Source of the DNA: Alphaproteobacteria bacterium
GTDB lineage: Bacteria; Pseudomonadota; Alphaproteobacteria; MPNO01
Reading direction: 5' to 3'
Length of the DNA stretch: 64,000 bases
NCBI GenBank assembly: GCA_965248835.1
Contig: CBDFLJ010000002.1
Span: 832,001 to 896,000, forward strand
Shown: positions 9,932 through 19,801 of the stretch, piece by piece
Numbering within the stretch: the first letter of the stretch is position 1
How the letters are laid out: each line of letters begins with the position of its first letter
The notes under the pieces: generated by a model
Told to the model about the DNA's origin: nothing
What the model saw: the letters and a program-made list of their open reading frames with translations, nothing else
Database searches by the model: none
Made by a program: the position numbers and the translations under genes

Positions 9932-11613
9932 CCGGATATCCCAGATAGGAGCCGATTTCGCTGCCTACCGAAGCATGATAGTCCAGCCATTGCAGCAGGT
10001 TAGCCATGGAGGAGCGGGGATTTGGCGGTGAACGCGACGGGTGAAGCAGAATCCGTCCCGCTGCGGCTCCAGTTTGACCGCTCGGTGAAGCTGGCGTTCT
10101 GCGGCTCTTCTATCAGTTCCGACGGTGGTCTGCTGCTTCACCGCGAACTCGATGATGCCCTTGGCCTCACCGGCATGGCGGCCGATCTCCTCGCCGATCC
10201 GCGCACCGGGAAGAACGGCCGTCACCATCTAGCGGCACTCCTGCGGCAATCGATCTTCTCTCGCCTGGCGGGATATGAAGACGTCAACGACGCGGATCGT
10301 CTTTGCCGCGATCCGGTGATGCGTCAGCTCGTTGGCGGACGGGCGGTGAAGCACGGTGCGGCCTCGGCGAGCGCCATGGGCCGGTTTGAGACGGAGATAT
10401 TGACCCAGCCTGATAACCTTACTGCTCTCGCCGATCTGCCCGGCCGCTGGATTGATGCGATCCATGACAGGCGACCACCGAAGAGCATCACGCTCGACAT
10501 GGACAGTTCGGAAAGCCCGGTGCACGGTAGTCAGGAGGGCTCCGCCTGGAACGGTCACTTCCAGTCGAAGTGCCTGCATCCGCTGTTCGTGTTCAACCAG
10601 TTCGGTGATCTGGAGCGGTGCTCCTTGCGTCCCGGCAACGTCCACAGCGCCGCCGGCTGGGAAGATGTGCTGCGGCCGGTTCTGGCGCGCTACTCCGCGT
10701 CTGCCCGGCAATCGATCACGCGGCGGCGGTTCCGGGCTGATGCTGCCTTTGCCATCCCGGCGTTGTTCGACCTGCTGGAAGCCGAGGGCTGGGACTACGC
10801 CATCCGAATCAAGGGCAATGCCAAGCTCCACGAGCGCATCGATTGGCTGACGAAGCGCCGGCCTGGCCGGCCGCCGAACCATGTCGTGCGCCTCTACACC
10901 AGCTTCCATTACCGGGCGAAGAGTTGGTCGAAGCCGCGCCGGGTGGTGGCCAAGGTGGAGTTCCATCCAGGCGAGCTGTTTCCGACCGTCGGCTTCATCG
11001 TCACCAACCGAGGCCTGCCCAACGAGCGGGTGCTGGCCTTCTACAACGACCGCGGCACCGCCGAGCAGCACATCAAGGAGGGCAAGTATGCGCTGAAGTG
11101 GACGCGTCTCTCCTGTATGCGCTTCGCGGCAAACGCCGTGCGGCTCCAATTGCATGCGCTCGCCTACAACCTCGCCAACTTCCCGCGGACAGCGGCGACG
11201 TCTGAACTGATCGAGCGCTGGTCCCTCACATCCTTGCGCGAACGGCTGATCAAGACTGGCACGCGGCTCGTGCGCCACGCCCGCTATGCGGTGTTCCAGA
11301 TGGCGGAGGCCGCGCTGCCCCGCTCTGTCTTCGCAGGCATACTCGGCCTCATCAACGGACTGCGGGGGCCGCCAGCCGTGACGGTGCCAGCATGATCAAC
11401 GGTCATCTTCGAGCCGCGATGCGCACGGCCGGAGGCGCGAGAGGTGCGACCTGCGGGAGCCAAAATGGCTTTCCTCGCTGCGCCGAACCGCTACCGGCAC
11501 GCTTTGCAGGCTCGACGTCGGCCGAACGAGGCGAAGCACAGGCATTCGTTGGCTTGATCAGCGACCCCACAAATGGCATCGTCAGTGGGAGTGTTCCATA
11601 TGGGGAATGCCGG
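9932..11613 (+). mobile_element. IS1380-family insertion sequence
   Basis: Imperfect terminal IRs ccggatatcccagata / catatggggaatgccgg around the transposase; boundaries approximate. Confidence 0.75.
10022..11395 (+). CDS. IS1380-family DDE transposase
   Basis: ISSDGGLL, GYEDVND, LDMDSS, LRPGNVHSA, RADAAF, YNDRGTAEQHIKEGK motifs. Confidence 0.93.
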   Translation: MAVNATGEAESVPLRLQFDRSVKLAFCGSSISSDGGLLLHRELDDALGLTGMAADLLADPRTGKNGRHHLAALLRQSIFSRLAGYEDVNDADRLCRDPVMRQLVGGRAVKHGAASASAMGRFETEILTQPDNLTALADLPGRWIDAIHDRRPPKSITLDMDSSESPVHGSQEGSAWNGHFQSKCLHPLFVFNQFGDLERCSLRPGNVHSAAGWEDVLRPVLARYSASARQSITRRRFRADAAFAIPALFDLLEAEGWDYAIRIKGNAKLHERIDWLTKRRPGRPPNHVVRLYTSFHYRAKSWSKPRRVVAKVEFHPGELFPTVGFIVTNRGLPNERVLAFYNDRGTAEQHIKEGKYALKWTRLSCMRFAANAVRLQLHALAYNLANFPRTAATSELIERWSLTSLRERLIKTGTRLVRHARYAVFQMAEAALPRSVFAGILGLINGLRGPPAVTVPA

Positions 11614-11616
11614 CTA

Positions 11617-12294
11617 ATGGCCACGGCCAATGGGGCTATCCGACAAGAGGTGATAACCGTTTGCCGTGTGCTGGACGGGTTGGGGTTGGTGGAGGGTTTC
11701 GGCCACGTCAGCGTTCGCCAGCCGGATGGCAACGTACTCATCACCCCTGCCCGAGCGCCAGGGCTCGTACGACCAGACGAATTTCTAACGTTTAACCTGG
11801 AAGGCGAATTGGTCGCCGGAGACGACGGAACAGGGCCCTTGGAACGCTGGATGCACTTCGCCGTATACCGGGCGCGACCCGACATCCGGGCGATTGCTCG
11901 CACCCATTCTCGAATGGCTGCCGCGCTGGGTGTGGCGAATACGCCCATTTTCACCGCGCACGGCTTCGGCGGAATGTTGGGCGCAGTCGTACCTGTTCAC
12001 CCAGAAAACGACCTGATTACGGATGATGCGATGGGTCAGGCCGTAGCGGCGTCCCTGAATGGCAACGCCGGAGTGCTTCTGCGGGGAAATGGAGCGTTGG
12101 TGACAGGGACTACATTACCTCAAGCCTGCGTCCGCGCCATTTATCTAGAAGAGGCCGCTTGGTTGCAGGTAACAGCAGCCGGGGTCGGGGGGGTGGTTCC
12201 ATTCACAGTGGACGAGCTAAACGCGCGGTCACGCTGGCACGAAGCTGAGATGGAGCGCGCCTGGCATTACTACAGCGCCAAATTCGGCGTTTAG
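11617..12294 (+). CDS. Class II aldolase/adducin family protein
   Basis: GFGHVSVR, ERWMHFAVYRARPD, RTHS, LLRGNG motifs. Confidence 0.88.
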   Translation: MATANGAIRQEVITVCRVLDGLGLVEGFGHVSVRQPDGNVLITPARAPGLVRPDEFLTFNLEGELVAGDDGTGPLERWMHFAVYRARPDIRAIARTHSRMAAALGVANTPIFTAHGFGGMLGAVVPVHPENDLITDDAMGQAVAASLNGNAGVLLRGNGALVTGTTLPQACVRAIYLEEAAWLQVTAAGVGGVVPFTVDELNARSRWHEAEMERAWHYYSAKFGV

Positions 12295-13021
12295 GGGTCG
12301 CGTGTGCGACATAGCTGGGGATCAATAGCTGACATCCTCGCGTCCGCTTGTCATCACACGTCGGACGCTCACGTTGCCTGTCTGCAAATCGAGTGATTGC
12401 GGGCTTAGATCGACCGCCAGGCCGTCCGAAAAGGCCGGGCCGCCTCGATCGGGCCTGGAACCGCAGGAAAAGGGACCCTTCAATGCGTCATGGTCTCCAA
12501 CGCCTTCCGGACGCTCGCCGGTCGGGGAAGCCGCGCCCGGCGAGCGTCCGGTTGCGGGCCCGAAGGTTTGGCATTTCGGGGTCGGGAATTCGCCGAGCGT
12601 AATTGCTTTCATGATGCATCTCCGCGGGTCGTTGCAGGGCGGCAACCGGAGCCGGCAAGAGCGATCAGAAGCAAAATGTCCGATGCGCGGGATCAATCGA
12701 AGCGGATCTTCCGCGGCGCCGGGATCGCGCAGGCGGCGGCGCCCACCTGCTGAAAGCCGACCCACGCGGTCCGGCCGCCAAATTCCGCTCCGGCCTGAAC
12801 GCGGACCTGCTGCGGCCGGGTGCCCCGTGCCGTCGTCCGACGCCGCCGGCCATGGGCTTGCCGGTCGCGGCGCAATCGCCCTACGCTGAAACCGTCCGCA
12901 CGCGCGCACTGAGATCGGCCTCCTTGTCGGCGGCAGGCCGAGTGCTTTCGGGCGCGAAGCGGGCCGATGCGTCGGCAGAGGCCGAGGGATCACCGAACGA
13001 CCGACGGGGCACGGGCGCAGC

Positions 13022-14050
13022 GTGGCAGGCAAGCGCATCGCAATGGTGGGGACCGGTGCGACCGCAGCGGGGTTCGGCGCCGACATGGTGGGCGCGGCGC
13101 TGGATGTCACCTTCATCGATCAGTGGCCGGCCCATGTCGAGGCGATGCGCGCCAACGGCCTGCGCGTCGAACTGCCCGACGAGACGGTGACGACGCCCGT
13201 GTCCGTGCTCCATATGTGCGACGTGGCGACGCTGCGCGCGCCCTTCGACATCGTCCTGCTCGGCGTCAAGGCCTACGACACGCGATGGGCGTGCGAGCTG
13301 ATCAAGCCGCTGGTCGCCCGCGATGGGCTGGTTGTCGGTCTCCAGAACGGCATGACGATGGACGGCGTGGCCTCGATCGTGGGGCCCGCGCGCACGCTTG
13401 GCGCGGTGATTGAAGTCGCGGCCAACATGTTCGAACCCGGCGTGGTCGTGCGGCAGACGCCGCCGGCCGGAACCTGGTTCGCCATCGGCGCGTATGACGA
13501 ATCGACGCGCGGCCGGGAGGCGGAGGTCGCCGACGTCTTGCGGCATGCCGGCGCGGTGGAGATCCGCGACGATATCCGGTCGGCGAAATGGATGAAACTG
13601 GTCGCCAATGCAGCGGAGTTTCTGCCGTCGTCGATCCTCGACCTGCCGCTCGCCGAGGCGGTCGAGCTACCCGGCATTTACGACGTGATGAAAGCGGCCG
13701 GGCGCGAAGCGGTGCGGACCGCGATCGCGCTTGGCCACAAGCTCGTGCCGATTTTCGGCGACAAGCGCATCGACGTGAACGACCCGGACCACTATGCGAC
13801 GGTCCTGTTCGATGCGGTCCTGACCGGGTGGACGCTGCCCGACACGAGGGTTGCGACCCTTCAGGACTGGATCAAGGGCCGGCGGGCCGAGATCGACGAC
13901 ATCAACGGTCTTGTCGTTGGAGAGCAGGCGAGGCTTGGCGGCGAGGCCCCGGTCAACCGGCAACTCGTCGAGATCGCGCATCGGATCGAGCGCGGCGAAC
14001 GCGCGCCCGATCCCTCGAACGCCGATTTGCTGCGGTCGCTGCTCGACTAG
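13022..14050 (+). CDS. Ketopantoate reductase (ApbA/PanE) family oxidoreductase
   Basis: N-terminal GTGATA, VKAYD, LQNG, KWMKLVAN, LQD..GRRAEIDDING. Confidence 0.88.
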   Translation: MAGKRIAMVGTGATAAGFGADMVGAALDVTFIDQWPAHVEAMRANGLRVELPDETVTTPVSVLHMCDVATLRAPFDIVLLGVKAYDTRWACELIKPLVARDGLVVGLQNGMTMDGVASIVGPARTLGAVIEVAANMFEPGVVVRQTPPAGTWFAIGAYDESTRGREAEVADVLRHAGAVEIRDDIRSAKWMKLVANAAEFLPSSILDLPLAEAVELPGIYDVMKAAGREAVRTAIALGHKLVPIFGDKRIDVNDPDHYATVLFDAVLTGWTLPDTRVATLQDWIKGRRAEIDDINGLVVGEQARLGGEAPVNRQLVEIAHRIERGERAPDPSNADLLRSLLD

Positions 14051-14420
14051 GGCCTGTCGACAATCGACGGAGCCAGACCATGGCGCCGGCGTGGATCGGC
14101 CTGCGGCATGGTCTGGAACCAAGCCGCTCCGAAGGACCACACGCGGAACCGGAAGGAATTTGAATCGACTTTGACGGAGCTGGAACGGGAGCGGACGGTC
14201 GATGTCCGCGAAGTCCTGAACGGCAACGTGCAGGACCGCGATGGCGCGGCCGCGCTGCTGCGCCGGACACGCCGGCTGTTTCCGTTCATCGAGGTGATCT
14301 ACGCCGACGGCGGCTACCAGGGACCGAAGACGGCTGCCGTGGTGGCGAAGATCTGCCGTCGCCTTCATCCACCTCGCCATGATCCGCATCATGCTGCGCC
14401 GCTTGACCCGGCCAAGCCGT
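14051..14420 (+). pseudogene. Internally deleted IS5-family (IS1031-type) remnant
   Basis: Spliced pieces VDVREVLNG / VQDRDGA..LLRRTRRLFPFIEVIYADGGYQGPK homologous to the IS5 at 20647-21588. Confidence 0.8.
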
Positions 14421-14610
14421 CCCAGAAATGTTCAAGCCCGAGCTGGCGATCGCGCTCCGCCAGTCCGGGGTCGAGGATCAGTTGCAGGGCGCGAATAAAG
14501 TTGCTTTTGCCGACTTTGTTTTCACCGACGATAACGATGCTGTCGCCGGTCTCAACGTCGACCTCCGAAAAATTGGCGAAATTACTTATCTTTATCCGCG
14601 AGATGCGCAC
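14412..14610 (-). pseudogene. OLD-family / ABC-type ATP-dependent nuclease N-terminal fragment
   Basis: MRISRIKISNFANF..IVGENKVGKSNFIRALQLILDP (Walker A); truncated after ~66 aa at the IS5 remnant. Confidence 0.7.
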
Positions 14611-14669
14611 GTTATCCCCCTCGCACTAAACGATCTATGTCATTTCCGTTATCTCACGCGCACAAGCTG

Positions 14670-14760
14670 ACAACGAAAGCTGAACGTCCATCTGCGCACG
14701 ATTCAGCGCTGGGCCGATGACACCCAGACCATACCCGGCCCAGTCGCTGCCTTCATGTAA
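14670..14760 (+). pseudogene. XRE-type helix-turn-helix fragment
   Basis: Translates LNVHLRTIQRWADDTQTIPGPVAAFM*; no clear start codon. Confidence 0.4.
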
Positions 14761-14810
14761 ATGCTTGTGAAGCGGCAACCGGCCGTCGGCGCGGAGTCCG
14801 AGCGTTAGGC

Positions 14811-15341
14811 TCATTGGCCCGGCTTGTCGTCGTAGTAAGCGTCGACTATGGCGGTGAGCGCTCTGTCAATTTCGCCTATCTCAAACGTGATGCCGCCGCC
14901 GCGGATGATTGTTTCATAGCTGTACCTCCAGCGTTCAAATGCGTCTTTGTGAGAACACAAAACGTCGCGAAGGGGATGCTTTGTTAGCAACAATGCTGCG
15001 GGTGGGCTCAATTTCCGCATCCTTGCTTCCAGCATCTCTTGGGTGCCCAGTTTCAAACTTTCGAACAATGTCAGCAAGTCATGAGTCTTGCCAGGCTTTT
15101 TCTTGCCTTCTCGGACCTGCCATGCCTTCAGTGCGATCTCTGTCGCCAGTGATAGCAAGATGGGGACAGCCCGGCGTTTTCCCCTGGAAAGAAACGAGTC
15201 CGACTGGGAAGATTCGGATCCGTTCTGTTTCAGTTCCTTCGCAACACGCTGCAATGACTTCGCTTCATCGATCATCTCGTGCGGAAACGCGGTCATCAAC
15301 TCCCGAAAAGAGATCTCCTCGCGCTTTCCCTTTTTTTCCAT
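14811..15341 (-). CDS. HEPN-domain-like protein
   Basis: LATEIALKAW, KTHDLLTLFESL, FERWRYSYE motif series; GAGGGG RBS; visibly lower GC than surroundings. Confidence 0.6.
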   Translation of the reverse strand: MEKKGKREEISFRELMTAFPHEMIDEAKSLQRVAKELKQNGSESSQSDSFLSRGKRRAVPILLSLATEIALKAWQVREGKKKPGKTHDLLTLFESLKLGTQEMLEARMRKLSPPAALLLTKHPLRDVLCSHKDAFERWRYSYETIIRGGGITFEIGEIDRALTAIVDAYYDDKPGQ

Positions 15342-15489
15342 CAATGAATTACCCCTCGCCGTAGTGATCTGATACTGCGCAGTACCTGCTTCCATATGCT
15401 GGCATTCTGCTATCCTTGTCGGATCGCGCACAAAGCGCTTCTCCGGGCGCCGCCGTCGCCGTCGGCGCGCCATCGGTTCGGTTCGGCGT

Positions 15490-16905
15490 TCAAGCTCTGC
15501 ACATCGGCGGCGGGCCGATGCGATCGCGCGCCCGGCCGAGCACGCGCTCGCAGGCGAGCGCGAGGGCGAGTGCGGTTTCTTCGCCGCCGCCGCGCGCGAC
15601 GATGTGCAGCCCGACCGGCATTCCGGCGCTGTCGAGGGCCACCGGCAGCGTGATTGCGCACATGCCGAGCAGGCTCGCGGTGTTGGTGTTGCGCACCAGA
15701 AGCAGGTTCTGCCGGAGATGTTCTTCGGGGCCGGTGATCTCCGCCAAATCGGGCGGGGTCAGCGGCAGCGTCGGCCCGACCAGCGCGTGCAGCCCGTCGA
15801 AGGCGCGATGCGCCTCGCGCGACAGCGCGCCGAGGCGGTGCACGCGCTGCAGATGCTCCGACGCCGGCAAGGCTTCCGTCTGCTCGATACGGATCGCCAC
15901 CGCCGGATCCAGGTCGGCGCGGTAGGCCGCCATCTCGTCGTTGAGGAACCGGGTGAAGTCGCCGACATGCAGCCCGCCCTGGCGAAACAGCGCGGTCGCG
16001 GGCTCGAATTGGGGGATCGTCGCCGGCGACAGGCGCAGGCCGGACCGCGCGAGCGCGTCGAGCGCGGATTTGACGCCTTCGGCGATGCCGGGATCGCAAT
16101 CCTCGAAGTACCACTCGCACAGCCCGACATGGAAGTCGGCGAGATCGGCGGCCGCCAGCCGGCGCGTCCAGGCGACGGCGTCCTCCTCGACGCCCGGGTC
16201 GATGGCGGCGAAGCCGATCGTCATGTCGGCGGCCGAGCGCGCGAGCACGCCCGCCGTGTCGAGCGCCGGGCTCAACGGCACGATGCCCTCGGTCGACCAG
16301 CGGCCCGCCGTCGGACGGATCCCCGCGGTGCCGGTCATCGAGGCCGGGATGCGCACCGATCCGGCGGTGTCGGAGCCGATCGCCAGCACGGCCGATCCCT
16401 CCCACAGGCTGACCCCGGCGCCCGAGCTCGAGCCGCCGGGCGAGCGGTGGGCGGCCGCGTCCCACGGGTTGCGCGGCGCGCCCCAATGGGGGTTGGCGCC
16501 GAGCCCGCCATAGGCGAACTGGACGGTGTGGGTCTTGCCGCTGATCACCGCGAGCTGGCGGCGGAGCGCGCGGACGACCGGCCCTTCGCGGCGCCATTCG
16601 CCCGGCAGCTCGCGCGGGCAGCCGGCAAAAGTAGGATAACCCGCAACCCCGAACAGGTCCTTGATCGACACCGGGATGCCTTGCAACGGGCCGAGATCGT
16701 TGTCGGCGGCGCGCGCCGCGTCGGCGAGCGCGGCCTCCGCGCGCACGCGGTCGGGATCGAAGGTCTTGTATGCGTGGAGCGCTTCGCCGCGGGCCGCATG
16801 GTTGGCGATCGCCCAGTCGGCGATAGCGGCCGCACTCAGCCGGCCATCGCGCAACGCGGCCACGATCGTATCGAGTGCGGCGGTCTCAATGTCCGGATCG
16901 GCCAT
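15490..16905 (-). CDS. Amidase (amidase-signature family)
   Basis: GIPVSIKD, PGGSSSG, GSDTAGSVRIPAS (Ser-cisSer-Lys triad). Confidence 0.93.
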   Translation of the reverse strand: MADPDIETAALDTIVAALRDGRLSAAAIADWAIANHAARGEALHAYKTFDPDRVRAEAALADAARAADNDLGPLQGIPVSIKDLFGVAGYPTFAGCPRELPGEWRREGPVVRALRRQLAVISGKTHTVQFAYGGLGANPHWGAPRNPWDAAAHRSPGGSSSGAGVSLWEGSAVLAIGSDTAGSVRIPASMTGTAGIRPTAGRWSTEGIVPLSPALDTAGVLARSAADMTIGFAAIDPGVEEDAVAWTRRLAAADLADFHVGLCEWYFEDCDPGIAEGVKSALDALARSGLRLSPATIPQFEPATALFRQGGLHVGDFTRFLNDEMAAYRADLDPAVAIRIEQTEALPASEHLQRVHRLGALSREAHRAFDGLHALVGPTLPLTPPDLAEITGPEEHLRQNLLLVRNTNTASLLGMCAITLPVALDSAGMPVGLHIVARGGGEETALALALACERVLGRARDRIGPPPMCRA

Positions 16906-17134
16906 CGCTGCCCCATCGTCTCGAAATTTCCCCGCCTTGTCGGACAGGTTGGCGGCGCGGTCAAGCTGTCGTCCGGCTGCCGGTCACGCCGCCACAATAC
17001 CAGGCGTCGATCCGATCCGGCAGGTCATCCGGGCGCGGCCGCGAACGACGCTGTCGATCGTCGCGACATGGGGCGCGCATGGACTTCCTTCGATCCCGCA
17101 CCTAGGATTTTCTCCGCCAACGGGGAGCAAGGTG

Positions 17135-18238
17135 ATGGCCAGACGCGAAAAACCGCCGTTCCGCGCCGATCACGTCGGCAGCCTGCTGCGCCCTGCCGCG
17201 CTCAAGGCGGCGCGCGAAAAACATGCCGGGGGCGAGCTCGACGCGGCCGGGCTCGAGGCCGTCGAGGACCGCGAGATCGCGCGCGTCATAAGGAAGCAGG
17301 AGGAAATCGGCATCCAGGCCGTGACCGACGGCGAGTTCCGGCGCTCGTGGTGGCACCTCGACTTCCTGTGGGGGCTCGACGGCATCGAGCGGCACGTCAT
17401 GGAAGCCGGCGTCGCCTTCGCCGGAACCACCACGCGCGCCGAGGGGGTGCGGGTCGCGGCGAAAATCGGTTTCTCCGGCCATCCGATGCTGGAGCATTTC
17501 GCGTTCGTCGATGCACGGTCCGACCGGCTGGCGAAAATGACCATCCCGGCGCCGTCGGCGGTCTACGGCCGGCCCGTGAAGGTGCCGATCGATGCGGCCG
17601 CATATAAGGAGCTCGACGCGTTTTTCGACGACCTCGGCCAGGCCTACCGCAAGGCCGTGCGCGCCTTCGCCGACGCCGGCTGCCGCTACCTGCAGCTCGA
17701 CGAGGTGTTCATCGCCATGTTGTGCGACGAGAACTACCGCCGCCGGATGATCGAACGCGGCGACGATCCGGAGAGGCTCGCCGATCTCTACGCCGATCTC
17801 ATCAACACGGCCGTATCGGACATCCCCGCCGACATGACCGTCACCATGCATCTGTGCCGCGGCAACTACAAATCGACCTTCATGGGCACCGGCGGGTACG
17901 AAGCGGTGCAGGAGGTGCTGTTCGGCAAGACCGCCGTCCACGGATACTTCATGGAGTACGACAGCGAACGCGCCGGCGGCTTCGAGCCGCTGCGCCTGCT
18001 GCCGAAGGACAAGACCGTCGTGCTCGGCCTGGTGACCACCAAGCGCGGCGCGCTCGAAACCAGGGACGAGATCATGCGGCGCATCGACGAGGCGGCGAAG
18101 TTCGCCGACATCGACCAGCTCTGCCTGTCCGGCCAGTGCGGCTTCGCCTCGAGCGAGGAAGGCAACACGTTGAGCGAGGACGAGCAGTGGGCCAAGCTCG
18201 CCCGCATCGTCGAAGTCGCCGACGAGGTCTGGTCCTGA
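17135..18238 (+). CDS. Cobalamin-independent methionine synthase II family (MetE C-terminal-like) protein
   Basis: PPFRADHVGSLLRP, TDGEFRRSWW, Zn ligands HLCRGN and QCGF. Confidence 0.92.
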   Translation: MARREKPPFRADHVGSLLRPAALKAAREKHAGGELDAAGLEAVEDREIARVIRKQEEIGIQAVTDGEFRRSWWHLDFLWGLDGIERHVMEAGVAFAGTTTRAEGVRVAAKIGFSGHPMLEHFAFVDARSDRLAKMTIPAPSAVYGRPVKVPIDAAAYKELDAFFDDLGQAYRKAVRAFADAGCRYLQLDEVFIAMLCDENYRRRMIERGDDPERLADLYADLINTAVSDIPADMTVTMHLCRGNYKSTFMGTGGYEAVQEVLFGKTAVHGYFMEYDSERAGGFEPLRLLPKDKTVVLGLVTTKRGALETRDEIMRRIDEAAKFADIDQLCLSGQCGFASSEEGNTLSEDEQWAKLARIVEVADEVWS

Positions 18239-18318
18239 CAGGTTTTCCCCGGCATTTCCCATGTGACGCGAGGACGGTTGCCGGTCTTGCGCACCGGGGC
18301 ACCCACCTGCCGCGCCCG
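18042..18318 (+). repeat. Direct repeat copy 1: 3' end of MetE-like gene plus downstream sequence (~277 bp)
   Basis: Aligns by eye with 20132-20408. Confidence 0.9.
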
Positions 18319-18991
18319 ATCCAGGGGCCGCCTTCAGCGACAAGCCAAAAGTGAGAAATTTTGGGTCGCCAAAAATGGGAGATTTACTAGTCCCACGGAC
18401 ACTTTCCAACTCTCAGTTTCTTATTACAGTTGTGGAGTCTTGCGGCATCGAGCCAGCTTACGGTCGCTGTTGACTGGTGCTGACCATACGGCCCATTTAT
18501 GCCCCTACAAGTTGCGGAGATCGCGCACTCAGCGTTGCTAGTGGCGGTGGCGGTTTCATCCTTGCACGAATCGTCCGCGGAGCTGGCCTCGAACTGCTCA
18601 AGGCACGAATCGTCGTCGACGACGTCCGCCTCGTTGCAGAGATCGCCCAGATCTTTGCAGCAGTAAACCCCGTTGACCTGGGTGGCGGACTGTTCTGCCG
18701 TGTTGCCGGTGGTCAAATACACTATCGTATCCGCCAGTATCTCTTTGTCGATCTTTGCGACGACCTCCCCGTGGTCCGGGCACAGGTTTTGGATTTCGAC
18801 AGTTTGTCCGCTTGCAACCGTGCTTATCTTGACGCGTAGGCAATCCGCGCTCTGGTGATTGATTCTCTGGCCATGCCGCGCAGCCGGCATGGGCCTGACC
18901 GGCAAGCAGCGCCGCCAATGCGAGCGCGAACACGGCCGAGAGCGCGTGGGCTTTATTCCAGGTCATTTTCGGACCTTTCCGTTGCGCGCCG
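18306..18991. repeat. Tandem gene cassette copy 1 (~686 bp)
   Basis: Homologous to 19116-19801 including near-identical non-coding flanks. Confidence 0.92.
18387..18966 (-). pseudogene. Secreted Cys-rich protein, paralog 1 (net +1 frameshift just after the signal peptide)
   Basis: Same signal peptide as 19198-19776; 580 bp vs 579 bp; indel at ~18870-18882; mature part is an open frame. Confidence 0.8.
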
Positions 18992-19115
18992 ATGCGCCGT
19001 TCGTGGGGCCTCATTGCCCTGATGGTGCGTATCGCGCTGCGCTCGAATGTCGGCTTTACGCCGCCTGATTGCGCCCTTCTCCCCGGTCGGCCTGACGTGA
19101 TCGGCACATAACGTC

Positions 19116-19801
19116 CCTGCCGCGACCGATCCAGGGGGCCGCCTTCAGCGACAAGCCAAAAGTGAGAAATTTTGGGTCGCCAAAAATGGGAGATTTACTA
19201 GTCCCACGGACACTTTCCAACTCTCAGTTTCTTATTACAGTTGTGGAGTCTTGCGGCATCGAGCCAGCTTACGGTCGCTGTTGACTGGTCCTGACTATAC
19301 GACCCATGCATGTCCCTACAAGTTGCGGAGATCGCGCACTCACCGTTGCTAGTGGCGGTGGTGATTTCATCCTTGCACGAATCGGCCGCGGTGCTGCCCT
19401 CGAACTGGTCAAGGCACGAATCGTCGTGGACGATGTCCGACACGTTGCAGAGATCGCCCAGAAGTGTGCAGCAGTAAACCCCGTTGATCTGGGTGGCGGA
19501 GCGTTCTACCGTGCTGCCGTTGGTCAAATACACTGCCAGATTCACCTGTATCTTTCTGTCGATCCTTGCGACGACCCACCCGAGGTCCGGGCACAGGTTT
19601 TGGACTTCGACAGTTTGTCCGCTTGCAGCCGTGCTTATCTGGACGCGTAGGCAATCCGCGCTCTGGTGATTGATTTTCTGGCTGCCGCTGCAGCCGGCAT
19701 GGGCCTGACCGGCAAGCAGCGCCGCCAATGCGAGCGCGAACACGGCCGAGAGCGCGTGGGCTTTATTCCAGGTCATTTTCGGACCTTTCCGTTGCGCGCC
19801 G
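19116..19801. repeat. Tandem gene cassette copy 2
   Basis: Homologous to 18306-18991. Confidence 0.92.
19198..19776 (-). CDS. Secreted 12-Cys protein, paralog 2; C-terminal half weakly cyanovirin-N (CVNH)-like
   Basis: 192 aa; Sec signal peptide ending AHA; 12 Cys; F..S..SC.D....ISATCR..GSY....LHNCN..L pattern. Confidence 0.8.
   Translation of the reverse strand: MTWNKAHALSAVFALALAALLAGQAHAGCSGSQKINHQSADCLRVQISTAASGQTVEVQNLCPDLGWVVARIDRKIQVNLAVYLTNGSTVERSATQINGVYCCTLLGDLCNVSDIVHDDSCLDQFEGSTAADSCKDEITTATSNGECAISATCRDMHGSYSQDQSTATVSWLDAARLHNCNKKLRVGKCPWD

Noticed and set aside
18306-19801. Diversity-generating retroelement TR/VR pair
   Set aside because: Differences include C/G and C/T changes, not only adenines, and there is no reverse transcriptase in the window
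18306-19801. Integron cassette array
   Set aside because: No recognisable attC (RYYYAAC...GTTRRRY) sites or integron integrase
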